Of a stretch of DNA of 64,000 nt, positions 35,476-48,985 are shown piece by piece; the stretch's first letter is position 1; the number at the start of each line of letters is the position of its first letter. The stretch comes from Mustelus asterias (taxonomy: Eukaryota): contig NC_135809.1 in the NCBI RefSeq assembly GCF_964213995.1, positions 97,340,001 to 97,404,000 on the forward strand, given 5' to 3'. Below the pieces are notes generated by a model that saw nothing but the letters and a program-made list of their open reading frames with translations, had not been told where the DNA came from and searched no databases. Made by a program: the position numbers and the translations under genes.

Positions 35476-36660
35476 CTATTGGCCTATCGATCTGTCTCAT
35501 AGTTACCTGGCAAATAAAATGAATCTATGTGAGAGGGAGCAATTCTAATAGTTATGTTTTCTAAATTGAAGTAGTCCACTTAAGAAGCAATGCCTTAGCT
35601 GAGAAGTGGTGCCAACTATCCACATTCATGTGCACACCAGAGTTGACCTATTGAACTAAAACTTGTCAATCTTAGCCTTTCAAAATCCAAAAAAATTATT
35701 TTTTGAGAGTTGTACAACATGCAGAAAGCTGGTTTTTAAATATTGAAGTTCGGTACTGTAAAGAAAAAGGAAACATTTTGAATAATGGAACAGTTACGTT
35801 GAGTCTCCTGCCTCAGTTTGTCATTAATCAGTGGATCAATTATGACACATGACTGGGGTGGAGCATAGGTGTTGAACCTCAATTTAATTAAATGAACTCC
35901 TGCACTACATTCTGTGTCCTGTCAACTGATGATTAAATAATGAAGGAGACCAGACAAAGAAACCCTTTACTAGACTGTGATTAAAGCTGCATAACATCCA
36001 AATGGTGAACGTATCTGACTTGTTCTACTAAAGTTATTTTGTTTTTTTTGAGTCAGTGGCATTCGCAAAACCTGACAGCTGGGGCCTGATATTTTGGGTG
36101 AACAGGTTTACAACAGTTATCCACTGAAACAGTTCTTCAGTTCACATGCAGATTGTGCACCAAGATAAGTAAAAATTTCAGAGGGGTTGGTGAACAAGGC
36201 CAATCCATTCATTGTTTTAACAAGAGGTTTAGTTGGAGATAGGGTTGGCTGCAGCACAAGTATTGTGTTCACAGAAAATTGCAGCTCTTGAAGCCTATTC
36301 TGTAGCATTACCAGGTGGAAAATTGAATTAATCTTCAACTACACTTGAGGAATATAGTGTTTTATTTTAAGGCTAACAAAATGTAATGAAAGTGGATGAA
36401 AGATCTTTGAGCCACAGGCTGAAGTATTAAGTTTGTTGTCTTGCAAAGCAATTGTCCTGCACTGGTGACAAGCTCAGTTTTAAACAGGAGATTGTTATGC
36501 GTCTTCCTTTGTTTATCACTTTAGTTTTGTAGAAGGGATATGGAGCTCTGATAGCAGGAGATTGTGAAGTGAGAGTATGCAGAGAAACTTTCAATTTGAA
36601 CTTGAAACTGCTTAAATTGTTTAAAGGTGCTTCTGATGTCTTGGTGGACAAATACCTCAC

Positions 36661-36952
36661 GGGTTGTGGCACGGTGGCACAGCGGTTAGCACTGCTGCCT
36701 CACAGTGCCACGGACATAGGTGTTTGCACATTCTCCCCACGTCTGTGTGTGTTCCCTCTGGGTGCTCCGGTTTCCTCCCACAGTCCAAAGGTGTGCGGGT
36801 TATGTTGATTGGCTATGCTAAATTGACCCTCGTGTTAGGGGATTAGCAGGGTAAATGTGGGGTTATGGGAATAGGTCCTGGGTGGGATTGTGGTTGGTGT
36901 GGATTCGATGGGCTGACTGGCCTCCTTCTGCACTGTAGGGATTCTATGATTC
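36661..36952 (+). mobile_element. HE1-like SINE (B-box region deleted)
   Basis: Head, core and gggattctatgatt tail. Confidence 0.85.
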
Positions 36953-37454
36953 ATAAAGCCACACAATCCAATGTAATTCAGCCTTTGTGACTGAAATGCT
37001 ACAATTGGCTACAATCTTTGTAAGTTGAAGGGGGAAGTTATTTTGCATTTGCATTTACTGAATTAATTCATTTTGAAAGCTAATTATTTTCTTCCCTACC
37101 AATTTTGTCTGACAGTCTTTTCCTCCTCTCCCGAAGGCACGACTCTTTGCTCGGGTCCTGCTCCATGGGTGCTAGTCATCTTCTGCTGCCTCACTTAAGT
37201 GGGATTATTCAAGTACCAGTCCTAATGGTGAGTGTTGCAGGAGACAATTCAACCAAGTTTGTATCACAGCCCAGCCTGTTCCTGCCCCCACTTAATGTCT
37301 ATGCATGTGAAGTTCCTAAGAGGTCATTGCACAGCAGCCAGGAATGGGAACGTTGGTTAATTTTCACATCTGAACCCAGGGGTACTTGAAATCACTTGTA
37401 GGCTGTGACTTTACAGCCTTGTCATGTTTAGCACAGAACACATTAGAGTGGCAC

Positions 37455-38316
37455 AAGGCTAGGGAATCACGGGTGAATGGTTTAGTGCATTCTGTGCCGG
37501 TGCCAAACCTCATCGGTATCTTCCCACCCACTGCTCCTGGACATAATCTGGGGTTGCCTCCCAGTAAATGCTCATTTAAGACCAGATTTTCCCTGCTCTG
37601 AGGATTCTCTGACCCTTGGGCACAGCGGTATCCTGACAAGAAACACTACGAGTCTCCACAAATGGAGACCAGGCACAATGGCCATGTCAGGAGGGGGCTT
37701 GAGGGCCATTGAAGCCCCTGTAGTTGGGGACATGGCTGGGCATTGCCCACCTGACAGTGCCAGCCTGGCTGTGCCAACTGACACCCTGCACTGTCAGATG
37801 GCATCTTGGCACTGCCAGGGTGCTAGGGCAGTGCCAAGGGGGCTGGGGATGTGGGTTGGTCATCAAGCGGGGGTCATGAAGTGGGGGCCATCATGAAGGG
37901 GTTCATGGATGACGGGTTCATGAATGAGGGGCTCATGAAGGGGATCATGAAGGGGGACCTGTTGGGAGGGCCCCAACACCCCAATGCCAGCAATCTTTGT
38001 TTGGGAGGGGGGTTAGTAAACACCCTTCAATGAGGGGAGGTGGGCCTGATGTCCGTGGATGGAGGGAATGTGGTCCACAATTTCAATTTGAGATCTGGGT
38101 GCCCTTTAAATATGCAACATGATTTCCATGAAGCCAGATTTACTCGCGTGTTTGGGCCCCAATGCTCTCAGAACCAGTTCAAAACTCACCACTCTCCCAA
38201 AACATGACAAAGTAGGAAAATTGCAATCTGATTTGCACTGACATATCCGTCATGAATCACATTGGTTTGCGCACCCAAAATGATGTTTTGTCATTTTTTC
38301 GGCAAAATTGTGACCA
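37455..38316. mobile_element. Decayed G-rich MITE-like element with (ggggNtcatgaa)n minisatellite at about 37868-37957
   Basis: ggcagtgcc motifs and layout as in the related elements; visible tandem tcatgaa units. Confidence 0.5.
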
Positions 38317-38819
38317 TAGTTTCTGACATTTTGAGACCAGCTAACTCAACATAGATAAGGAATTCCTTTTCCGTATGCCTCAGTTACTCGCGACATAAAC
38401 ACACTAAGCTACTGAGGGAGCCAAAGTGGTATACTATCATTGTGAAGTCATCACCTCACAATTATATGTTTTTCTCGGTTTAAAATTATGACGTTGCAGG
38501 CAGGAAGGATGGGTGGATAAGTTGAATGGAAATAAATAAATTAAGTGGATACATGAAGAACAGCTAATTGCTGTCAGTTTTCTGCAACTGCCAAACATGC
38601 ATCGCAGTCAAATTTACATTCTACTTTTGTTCCATCTTCCTACATGCAACAAAGAATTCATTACTATACTACATTTTGCAGGTACTTGTTTGCAAGCAGA
38701 AATTGTTTTAAAGCTTAAGCTTAGATGCTATTTTTTATTCTTGTATGTCTTTTCTAACTGTCTTTTTTAACTGCAGTATTTTTCTCTCTTCAGTTTTCCT
38801 CTCCGTGGTTTTCTTCTCT

Positions 38820-39132
38820 CATAGTGTAGGAGGAGGCCGTTCGGTTTATTCAGTCTGTACCGATCACAGACCTACCCAAGCCCTATCCCCATAACCTCAT
38901 GCATTTACTTTAGCTAGTCCCCCTGACACTAAGGATCAATTTAGCATGGCCAATCCACCTAACCCGCACATCTTTGGACTGTGGGAGGAAACCAGAGCAC
39001 CCGGAAGAAACCCACGCAGACATGGGGAGAATATGCAAACTTCACACACACATTGACCCAAGCCAGGAATCGAACCCGGGTCCCTGGCGCTGTGAGGCAA
39101 CAATGCTAACCACTGTGCCACAGTTGCCGCCC
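38820..39132 (-). mobile_element. HE1-like SINE
   Basis: Matches the other copies. Confidence 0.85.
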
Positions 39133-40361
39133 AAAACCTTCGCAGCACCCTGCCGGGGAATTGAACTCCGGATTCCCGCTGCTAATTCTCGGCTGCTTAA
39201 TTATTTTGCTCCCTCACTTCATCTCAAATACTCGGACAGAGGATAAAGCATTGACATGCAATATTCCAGAGTGTCTTCTAAGTACTGAACAGAAAGTGCT
39301 TGACCTCTCTGAGAATATTGGTGTCTCAATATTTCTTGGAGTGGAGTTAACTGTTGTGTTTTCTATTTGATTGTCTTTTGTTAGATCAGGGTATGGTATA
39401 GCCTAATTTTGTACAAAAATCTTTCAATGATAATATAAGAAACAATCCTTTCAAATTTCGCATGACTTCATTGATAATGTAAAGTTTGGAAATGTGGAAA
39501 ACGTGTGTTTAAAATGAAAGAGAAGTGACAAAAATGTGGACAGATATTTTGTGCTTCTTTATTGAATGCCAGCTGTGTTAGTGTCCCATTGAGAGACACC
39601 TACATCTGCCACGAATGCTGGGAATACCCTCGTCTGCATAAGTGAGAACGAGCTGGGATACCACATGGAACAGCTGAAGCCACGAGTCTCTGGCTCTTGT
39701 GAATCAAAATAAAACAGGGACGTACGCTTGCAATTGGAAACACATAGGACGAGAACATAGTCTATCAAAACAAACGCATGATCCAAGTACCTCTTCCCTC
39801 TTCTATTGTTGCAGATCCCTTTGCTCAATCAGTACGTTGTCATCCAAACTGCCTATTCCTCAATGTCAGCCCTGTTCAGTAAACAAGTGGTACACACAGT
39901 TTGTCAGTGAATCCCAGGAAAGAGAAAAACCTCCCAAAATCCAAATTAAAATTGAACATTCTGTAGACAAGCAGCAGGGCAGTTAGTAAGTCAACAATTG
40001 AAGGAGGGAGCTATGGTAATGCAATTGATGTTTACCGACATTTAAAGATTCCCTCCCAAAACATTAATGTGCTATTTTCTTTCAGGTGCTAAAGGATTTA
40101 TTTTATTTTTAGAATGTTCTGCTTTTATTGTCCTCTTTTACTGCATAATTCATACAGCCAAGTATGTACCTTTTAGCTACTTGCTGTTCTAAAATCTGTT
40201 CTTTTTTCCAATCTGCATGAACAATCAATACTGTTCCTGTAAGTCTTATGCTGCATAGAGCTAGAAAACTAAAAGTGAAACAAGCAGCCTGCGATACAGG
40301 TTAGAGTTGAGAATTAGCATGTATATTCTGGATGTGGACAATGCATGCATGATTGTTGGGC

Positions 40362-40697
40362 TTAGAATCCCTACAGCACAGAAAGAGGCCATTCGGCCCA
40401 TCGAGTCTGCACCGACCACAATCCCACCCAGGGCCTACCCCCATATCCCTACATATTTACCCACTAATCCCTCTAACCTACGCATCCCAGGACACTTAGG
40501 GCAATTTTAGCATGGCCAATCAACCTAACCTACACATCTTTGGACTGTGGGAGGAAACCGGAGCACCCGGAGGAAACCCACGCAGACACAAGGAGAATGT
40601 GCAAACTCCACACAGGCAGTGACCCAAGCCAGGAATCGAACCCAGGTCCCTGGAGCTGTGAAGCAGCAGTGCTAACCACTGTGCTACCGTGCCACCC
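40362..40697 (-). mobile_element. HE1-like SINE
   Basis: Matches the other copies. Confidence 0.88.
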
Positions 40698-43126
40698 TAG
40701 ATATAGAGTGATGCACAAGCCCACAGCCCCCGCATAAATCTGTGTAGGCAATGTTATATCTGCAAGGTTCCTAAATTAGAATATCAAATCTGGAATTCAA
40801 AAGTCCTAATTTCTGGCACACTCAAACTTAAATCTACACAGTCAGTTTGGAATGTACTTTTAGTTTTTAAAAAAGGTTTTATTGCAAATGCAGTAGCCAC
40901 GACTTCCTATCCATTAAAATCGCCTTTGTGCGTCCAACTTTCTGATCAACTACTAGGGTGTGCAAAAGTGACCCAAGTTGACACACCCTCTTACTTGTAC
41001 TCATGTCCCCACACTCTCCCCTTGCCCTCCATCCAACTTGGAATGACAGTGTGAGGAATTGTGAATGAACTTATATCTGTCTCTATGGCTGTTTCCTTCT
41101 TTCTTGTGCACACAAAAAACAATTTGAAACATTGGGAAAAAATTGAAACATTGGAAAAGGTTTGTGTATGTAAACTTTAGCACTATTGTAACGGCCCTTT
41201 AAAATACTTGTGTATTTGAGGTTAAATTGTGAAACGCTGGGTCCAAATTGGGAAATGTTGGAGCCAGATTTATTTATGAATGTTAAGAAGTACCTAAAAT
41301 GCAATCTTTAAATTTCATTTCATTAATTGCTTGACTTTAATAAAGTCAGATTATGTTTTGACTCCTCCCTAAAGTGAGACAAACTGCTGCTCCATGATGG
41401 AAAATGTTTTCATTCCAGAATCGATGATTGCCAATCCATATGTCTTTAAGATTAATTAGATTAGTGAAGTGAGGGCATTTAAAAATTTTGGTCCAATACT
41501 TTACTGCTGGATAGTACCAATCCCTTCCCTGCTCCCCGCTGCAAAAAACAGTCTGACGAATAATACAGTTAAAATAAGCACATCAAAAAGCAACTCTGAA
41601 ATAGAGAATATCTACTTAATACTTGAGAAACAGTAGTAAGTAGGAACTCTCAGCAAACTCGCCCCACTGGAGTGCCAGCAATGGCTGAAGGAGGATATTT
41701 TGTTGATTATATTAGTCCATACATCTGACACTGTAATATTCAGTGATCAAATTAGAAGCTTGTTGATGAATCATAAGAGAGCAAATTCATTTGACTGTAT
41801 TAATAACCTTGTAGGCACTGCAAGCTACCCCAGGGAATTCTTGACCCTCTGAGTTGTCCCAAGTCATGGCCATGTTTCTGCTGTGTATTTAGGAGAGAAA
41901 TGAATACTGATTGACAGTGACGGCAGATGTCTGTGGAGTGTTGCCTATCCAGACTGCTCTCTTCCACCTGTTCACTGTCTGTTCATATCACTCTCTGACC
42001 TGCTGACCAATTTGCACTCCCCAGGGCGTTCTGAGTTCAAGCACCCTCACACATATAGAGACTGACAATCTTTGACAGCCCCTAAATTACTCCAGCAAAA
42101 TTGGATTTTCTGTTGTCAGTTTTTTTTCTTCCTGCGTCAGTTTTTCCTCTCTTTCTTGTAGACATTGCCTTATTTGTGGGATGTGATTCCACTAATACTG
42201 GTCCACTTTCTGTCCCTCATCCATTGTTCATGTGAGTCTCGATAGCGAGGGACATCCCAATCAAACTCAATACTGTCTGTTTTCACTTGAGCATAAACTG
42301 ATAATTTAGTCATCTGATTTCCATGAACTTTGTAACTAACAGAAATTCTGTTAGCCAAGGGCAGTGAAGAGTGTCTTGAGTATTGCTGAGGCTGCACTAA
42401 CCCCAGTGGAACAGTCACCTCAATATATTATCCTTACCCACTTCAAAGTCCAATTGTGTGTTTCTTTTTAAGTTGAGATGTCTTGGCGAAGTGCAGGGCT
42501 CATACTGCAGATCACCATCAAGACTGGAAATAGTCTGAGAGAAGGTTAATTAAGTAAAATTAAATAGTGAATAAGAAGCTTCGATTTAGATCTTGCAACT
42601 TGTAAGAAGTAAAGGAAATTGCGAATTTTACAATTTTGAGGACCCAGGAAAGAACAAAAAGAATGAGAAACAGTGCAATGTATTTTGTTTTAAACATAGT
42701 AACACAATAAGCAGGAAGAACGTATAAGATGGCATATTTGGGACTTAAAAGGAACAAGTGTGGAGGAACTGTGACCCATAGGTAAATCAATTAAAATAAA
42801 GAATGACAAACATTGCATTAGAAAGCGAAGGACTCACTCGAGTCCAAAAATCAGAAAGGATGGCTGAAGTTCAAACAACACATTTTTTTCATGTTTCCTG
42901 TCCAGGAATGGAAAACAATTTCTAAATGGATGCCCTGAGTTCAGTATTTATGAAGGAAAAGGGGAACATACTAGTAGACCCAAAGGGTAGCATTTTACAT
43001 TCCTGTCACGGCGGGGGTAGGACCAGAAAATACAGCGATCCATTCAAAAGTCCACTGATTTTGGCGGGACTGGAAGGCCCTGCCAGTGGGACTCCAGTCA
43101 AAATAGATGTTCCTGCACAGGCATAT

Positions 43127-43965
43127 GGGGCAATCTTGAGCCCAAATTCCCCGTCCATGAAAATGCTGGTGGAGCCTTAAGATCTGGAAGTCACTGACCT
43201 CATTGGCAAGAACGCGAGTTGGGATCTTCCCAGCCCCTCGCCGGCGACGTCATCAGGTTCACACCCATTATGGGCAGGAACCTGCTTTATATTTATTTTA
43301 ATGTCATGCCAGTGTAGTTTACATCAGGTTCACACAGACGTGAACCTGTCGTGGGGGTAGCCCTGGGTATGTAAAGGTGAATGTAGCCCCTGGGGGTGAG
43401 GGACATGGTCAGGCAGTGCCCTGTCACTGCTGCTTGGCGCAGGTTAGCACTGTCAGATTGGTATCATGCCCATGCCAACCTATCAGTGCAAACTTGGCAG
43501 TGTCAACCTGTGCTAAGGTATGGGTCCCAGTGGGAGCCTTATGGCTGGGGGATGTGGTCGGTGTTGCCAGCAATGGCTGTTGGGGGGAGAGGAGGAAGGT
43601 GGGTGCCAGCTCAAACTGTGAGCGAGGTTGGTAGGGGGAGAGAAGCGGTTGATGATCTTTGGGGGAGGGGGGTTGAGAAGGGTCTTATTGTGGGTAGGGA
43701 GGGGAGCAAGGAGCCTCTGAGACCTCCATGATGTGCTTGGGGGAGGTGGGGGTGGGGATTATACATGTTATGATCATTAAAAATGGTGCTCAAATCTCTG
43801 TGTGTTTAGGCCCTGCCCCCTCTGCACGATGGTGCAAATCACACTCCTTTTTTTTGGCAGAATGTCTTAAGATCTGGAGAGAAAACTGACCTGTTTCTCT
43901 GAAGAGAAACACACCTGTTTTCTCATCGGAAGCAACACTCTGCCATTTTTTGGTGAGATTTGCCC
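43127..43965. mobile_element. G-rich MITE-like element
   Basis: Ends ggggcaatctt / ggtgagatttgccc; related to 30683-31560 and, inverted, to 17563-18480. Confidence 0.55.
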
Positions 43966-44424
43966 AGTGTGTGAGAATGTTATTACCACTTAGCTGGATA
44001 TTTGAATGGGCCAAATGAGGCTGGCCCTTAGGAAAATCTGACATGTCCTAGCAGAGCCAGCAACAGAAATCGCTGAGCCTTCATTAGAAAGGTGCAAGGA
44101 GACCAGGGAAATGTAAATGTAAGCATCTTCCTTAAAAATTGGCATTTTGGGAAATCAGAGTAACTCTAACCCATATTGGCGTAACATTAATACAAGGGAA
44201 ACTTCAAGCATTAGTTGTCAAAAAATTAGATAGTGAAACACTTCTGGAGATGTAGAGTAATTGGTAAGAGTCATCATGGACATATAAAAGGAAGGCCATG
44301 CTGAATCAACTGGATGGAACATGTTGATAATTAAAAGGGTGCAAATAGAGGTGTGAATTTCAGTTGGACATTTAATAAATTGCCTTGTTGAAAGCTGGTT
44401 CATGAAATTCGCAGACATAAATTT

Positions 44425-44560
44425 GGTCGGAATTTTCGAGCCATTCACGCTGGCGGGGTTCTCCGGACCCGCTGCAGTGAACGGAGATTTGGCTGAGCAC
44501 CAAATTCTCCGTCCTCGCTCGCAGCGGTGACGGGGGGTGAACGGCCAGAAAATTCCGGTC
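44425..44560. mobile_element. Short palindromic MITE
   Basis: TIR ggtcggaattttc / gaaaattccggtc; central hairpin ggagatttggctgagcaccaaattctcc. Confidence 0.7.
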
Positions 44561-44580
44561 AATGTTTGATGCTTCCTTAT

Positions 44581-44896
44581 TGTGGTGAACCATCGTTGGT
44601 TCCCACTGGATAGTGCTGAGCCAGGAGCTGGCCAGTACTACAAGGATGTACATATGTTACTGTTGGGTTGTGCTATTGTTGCTGTTGGGGTTAGGGTGGG
44701 GTTGTTACACCTTTGTACTGTAGTGTTGTGGCACATCCCAGTCGGGCTCCGCCTCCTGGGAGAGGTATAAGAGTCCCTGCTCTGGCCGGGACCCCTTCAG
44801 TCTGGGATAGTGTATATAAGTTCTGGCAGCTTCATTACAGTAAATAAAAGCCTTTCATTTACTGAGCTTCAGGCCTCGTGTTTGAGTAGCGCATCA
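44581..44896 (+). repeat. 5' LTR of element 2
   Basis: Direct repeat of 48986-49301; TATAA at 44766, TCAGT at 44797, AATAAA at 44843. Confidence 0.97.
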
Positions 44897-44897
44897 A

Positions 44898-44910
44898 TTT
44901 TATTTACTGT
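44898..44910 (+). other. Non-tRNA primer-binding position, complementary to own LTR 44837-44849
   Basis: ttttatttactgt is the exact reverse complement of acagtaaataaaa. Confidence 0.8.
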
Positions 44911-44949
44911 CGTTAAACTCTCGTCGAAGAAAAAAAAAAGAGAGAGAGT

Positions 44950-47900
44950 ATGGAGCAAATTCTGAAGCCGGAACGCCTTACGCTAGATCCACGTGCGGTG
45001 GGCGCTTCTAACACCTTCGACCACTGGCTGAAGTGTTTCGAAGACTACCTGGCAGCCTCCGCAGCGGTCACCACAGATGATGACAGACTCCGGGTCCTCC
45101 ATGCGAGGGTAAGCGACACTGTCTACCTCGCGATCTGTGCGGCCACTGATTATACTAAGGCCCTCGAGCTTCTGAAGAAGTGCTACATCAAACCATCCAA
45201 TGAGATACACGCTCGTTACCTCCTAGCCACTCGACAACGGCAGTCTGGCGAAACGATGGAGGAGCAGTCTGGCGAAACGATGGAGGAATATGCGAACGAG
45301 CTCCTACAGCTAGCCAGGGGCTGTAACTGCAAAGCTGTGTCGGCTGAGCAGAGCATGAACGACCTCGCCCGAGATATGTTTGTGGCCGGGGTCGGATCGT
45401 CGTACATTCGACTTAAACTGTTGGAGAAGGGTAACCTTAACCTTACCCAGGTCATTGAGCTAGCAGAGATGCTCGAGACGGCCTCCAAAAGCTTAGTATT
45501 ATATCCGGAGGACCATGTGGAGACAACATGGCAGGAGCAGTCGCCAATCCCTCCTCATCCCTCGGGTTCGAAATGCTGCGTAATGGTGTGCTCACACTCG
45601 GGCCAGATGACGGCAGCAGCCCCGGGTGGCCCGCGGTGCTACTTCTGTGGGGGAGCGAAGCATACTCGGCAATGCTGTCCCGCTAAAGCTGTGTTGTGCA
45701 CCGCATGCGGTAAAAAAGGGCACTATCAAAAGTGTGCCGATCTAAACCCAGGAACGGCAGTGCGGCCTGCGATTCATCAGAGCTCGGGTCCTCGTCGTCG
45801 AAGTCATCGCGGGGTTCGTCCACGTGCGAGGCCAGGACGATGCCATTACGGTCGACGGAGTCGGAGGGGTATGACCACCAGGGGTCGCTGAGTTTGGCGC
45901 CCTCACCCACGTGCGACTCATGGGAGCAGCCATGTTGGTCGACACTGACCACGAACGACCAGCAGGGGTCCTCCTCATCGATTTCAGCTGCCTGCAGTGG
46001 CGCTCATGAACCAACGGTGGCGTCGATCATCCTGGACCAGGCCAAGCCTCATAGACTTGACAAATCTATGATGAATATCCAGGTAAATGACCACGTGATT
46101 TATTGTCTGTTTGACAGTGGGAGAACTGAGAGCTTTATCCACCCAGACACTGTGAAGCGGTGTGGACTCCAGATTCAACCTGCCAAACAGACAATCTCTA
46201 TGGCATCAAGGTCCCGGTCTGTTGCCGTGCTAAGGAGTTGCGTGGTAACCTTGAAGGTGCAAGGCACAGTTTACGAGCGTTTCAAGCTCCTCGTGTTGCC
46301 GTATCTTTGCGCGCCAATACTTCTCGGACTAAACTTCATGGTCCACTTGAGGAGTGTAATCCGACAGTACGGTGGGCCACTCCCTTCACTGGCAGTGGGA
46401 AAACAGCAGCAGCCTCCAAATTGCCCCGCCTGCAGCCTCTCGACGCTGAAGATCACCACACCCTCCTTGTTCCAGAATCTTGTGCCAGGCTGCAAGCCCA
46501 TCGCGACTAAAAGTAGGCGTTACAGCGCTGAGGATCGGATCTTCATTAGATCTGAGGTTCAGCGGCTCCTCAAAGAAAGGATCATACAACCCAGCGCTAG
46601 TCCGTGGAGGGCGCAGGTCGTGGTGGTCAAGAGCGGGAACAAACCCCGGATGGTCATTGACTACAGTCAGACCATTAACCGATATACGCAGCTGGATGCG
46701 TATCCCCTCCCACGCATATCTGATATGGTCAATCAGATTGCGCAGTACCGGGTGTTCTCCACCATAGACCTCAAGTCTGCCTACCACCAACTCCCCATTC
46801 GCCCAGAGGACCGACAATACACGGCTTTTGAGGCGGATGGTCGCTTGTATCACTTTCTCAGTGTTCCCTTTGGTGTCACCAATGGGGTCTCAGTCTTCCA
46901 GCGTGCTATGGACCGAATGGTGGACCAGAACGGGCTGCGGGCTACCTTCCCGTACCTGGATAATGTCACCATCTGCGGCCATGACCAGCAGGACCACGAC
47001 ACGAATCTCCTGAACTTCCTACGCACTGCATCTCGCCTGAACTTGACCTACAACAGGGAGAAGTGTGTGTTTCGTACGCGCCGTTTAGCCATCCTAGGAT
47101 ACGTGGTGGAAAACGGGGTCATTGGCCCTGATCCAGACCGTATGCACCCCCTTTCTGAACTTCCCTTACCTGCTAGTGCAAAAGCACTGAGAAGATGCTT
47201 AGGCTTCTTCTCTTATTATGCGCAGTGGGTTCCCAACTACGCGGACAAAGCCCATCCGCTCATTAAGTCCACGACTTTTCCCTTAACGCCAGAGGCCTGA
47301 TTGGCCTTCGATAAATTGAAAGCCGACATCGCAAAAGCTACGATGCACGCTGTAGACGAGTCCATCCCCTTTCAGGTGGAGAGCGATGCATCTGATTTCG
47401 CCCTGGCCGCCACGCTTAACCAGGCGGGCAGGCCCGTCGCATTTTTTTCCCGCACCCTCCAAGGCCCCGAAATTCGGCATTCAGCGGTGGAAAAGGAGGC
47501 CCAGGCCATTGTGGAGGCCGTCAGGCACTGGCGCCATTACTTGGCGGGAAAACGGTTCACCCTGATCACGGACCAGCGGTCCGTGGCGTTCATGTTTAAC
47601 AACACGCAGAGGGGCAAGATCAAGAATGACAAGATCTTGCGGTGGAGAATTGAACTCTCCACCTATAACTACAACATCATGTACCGTCCAGGGAAACTCA
47701 ATGAACCCTCGGATGCCCTCTCGCGTGGAACATGCGCTAGTATACAGGAGGACCATTTGCAGGCCCTCCATAATGACCTATGCCATCCTGGGGTCACTCG
47801 GCTCTACCACTTTATAAAAGCTCGCAACCTGCCTTACTCGGTGGAGGACGTCAGGTCAGTAACAAGGAGCTGTCGGGTTTGCGCGGAATGCAAACCGCAC

Positions 47901-48922
47901 TTTTACCGACCTGACCGGGCACATTTAGTCAAGGCCACTCGTCCCTTCGAGAGACTGAGTGTCGATTTTAAGGGCCCCCTTCCCTCAACAGATCGGAATG
48001 TGTACTTCCTCAATATTATTGACGAGTACTCTCGGTTCCCTTTTGTTGTTCCCTGCTCTGATACATCCGCTGCCATGGTTATCAAGGCATTCCGTGATCT
48101 CTTTACCCTGTTCGGGTACCCTGGCTACATCCATAGCGACAGAGGCTCGTCGTTCATGAGCGATGACTTGAGGCAATTCCTGCCCTCATACGGGATTGCC
48201 TCTAGTAGGACCACGAGCTACAACCCTAGGGGTAACGGACAGGTGGAATGCTACTGTCTGGAAGGCTGTCTTACTGGCGTTGAAGTCAAAAGGTCTTCCA
48301 GTCTCCCGTTGGCAAGAGGTGCTCCCTGATGCGCTCCATTCTATTCGCTCCCTCCTGTGTACGGCAACCAATGCTACTCCCCACGAGAGGATGTTCTCAT
48401 TCCGTCGGAAGTCTTCCTCGGGGACCTCATTACCAGCTTGGTTGGCGTACTCAGGACCCGTCTTCCTGTGGCGACATGTAAGGGCCCGCAAGTCCGACCC
48501 GTTGGTTGAACAGGTCCATCTCCTCCACGCCAACCCTCAGTATGCCTATGTGGCATACCCTGACGGGCGAGAGGACACGGTCTCGATCCGAGACCTGGCG
48601 CCAGCAGGGGACGTAGCAACCCCTGTCGCTCCCATACCCCCTGTTACAAACCCTTTATCTCTTGTTTCTTCCCCGGACACGGCGCGGGCAGCATCGGGAC
48701 CATTGCTTAACCATTTTACTCCCATGTACAGCTTGCCTGCAGGGCGTGTCAGGATCCCATGGACTTGCGTCACCTCAGGGTCAACCGGCCTGTGAGTCCG
48801 TGGAAGAACAGCTGGACGCCACCTTGGGGAGAATGCCACTGCAAGTGCCTACTCCGGTGTCACCGCCGGTATTGAGGAGGTCACAACGACGGTGCGGTCC
48901 CCCTGACCGTCTGAACTTATAG
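44950..48922 (+). pseudogene. gag-pol polyprotein of element 2 (disrupted)
   Basis: Colinear with element 1. Lesions: 24-bp in-frame duplication 45241-45288, frameshift near 45730, TGA at 47298, small deletion near 48247, deletion near 48740. Confidence 0.93.
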
Positions 48923-48985
48923 ACTGCTGACACTTTATTCTGTTTTTTGTACCCCGCCGGCCTTTGTTCTCAAAGGAGGGGTGAA

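Noticed and set aside
36117-36338. 73-aa minus-strand ORF as a host exon
   Set aside because: No recognisable homology or convincing splice support.
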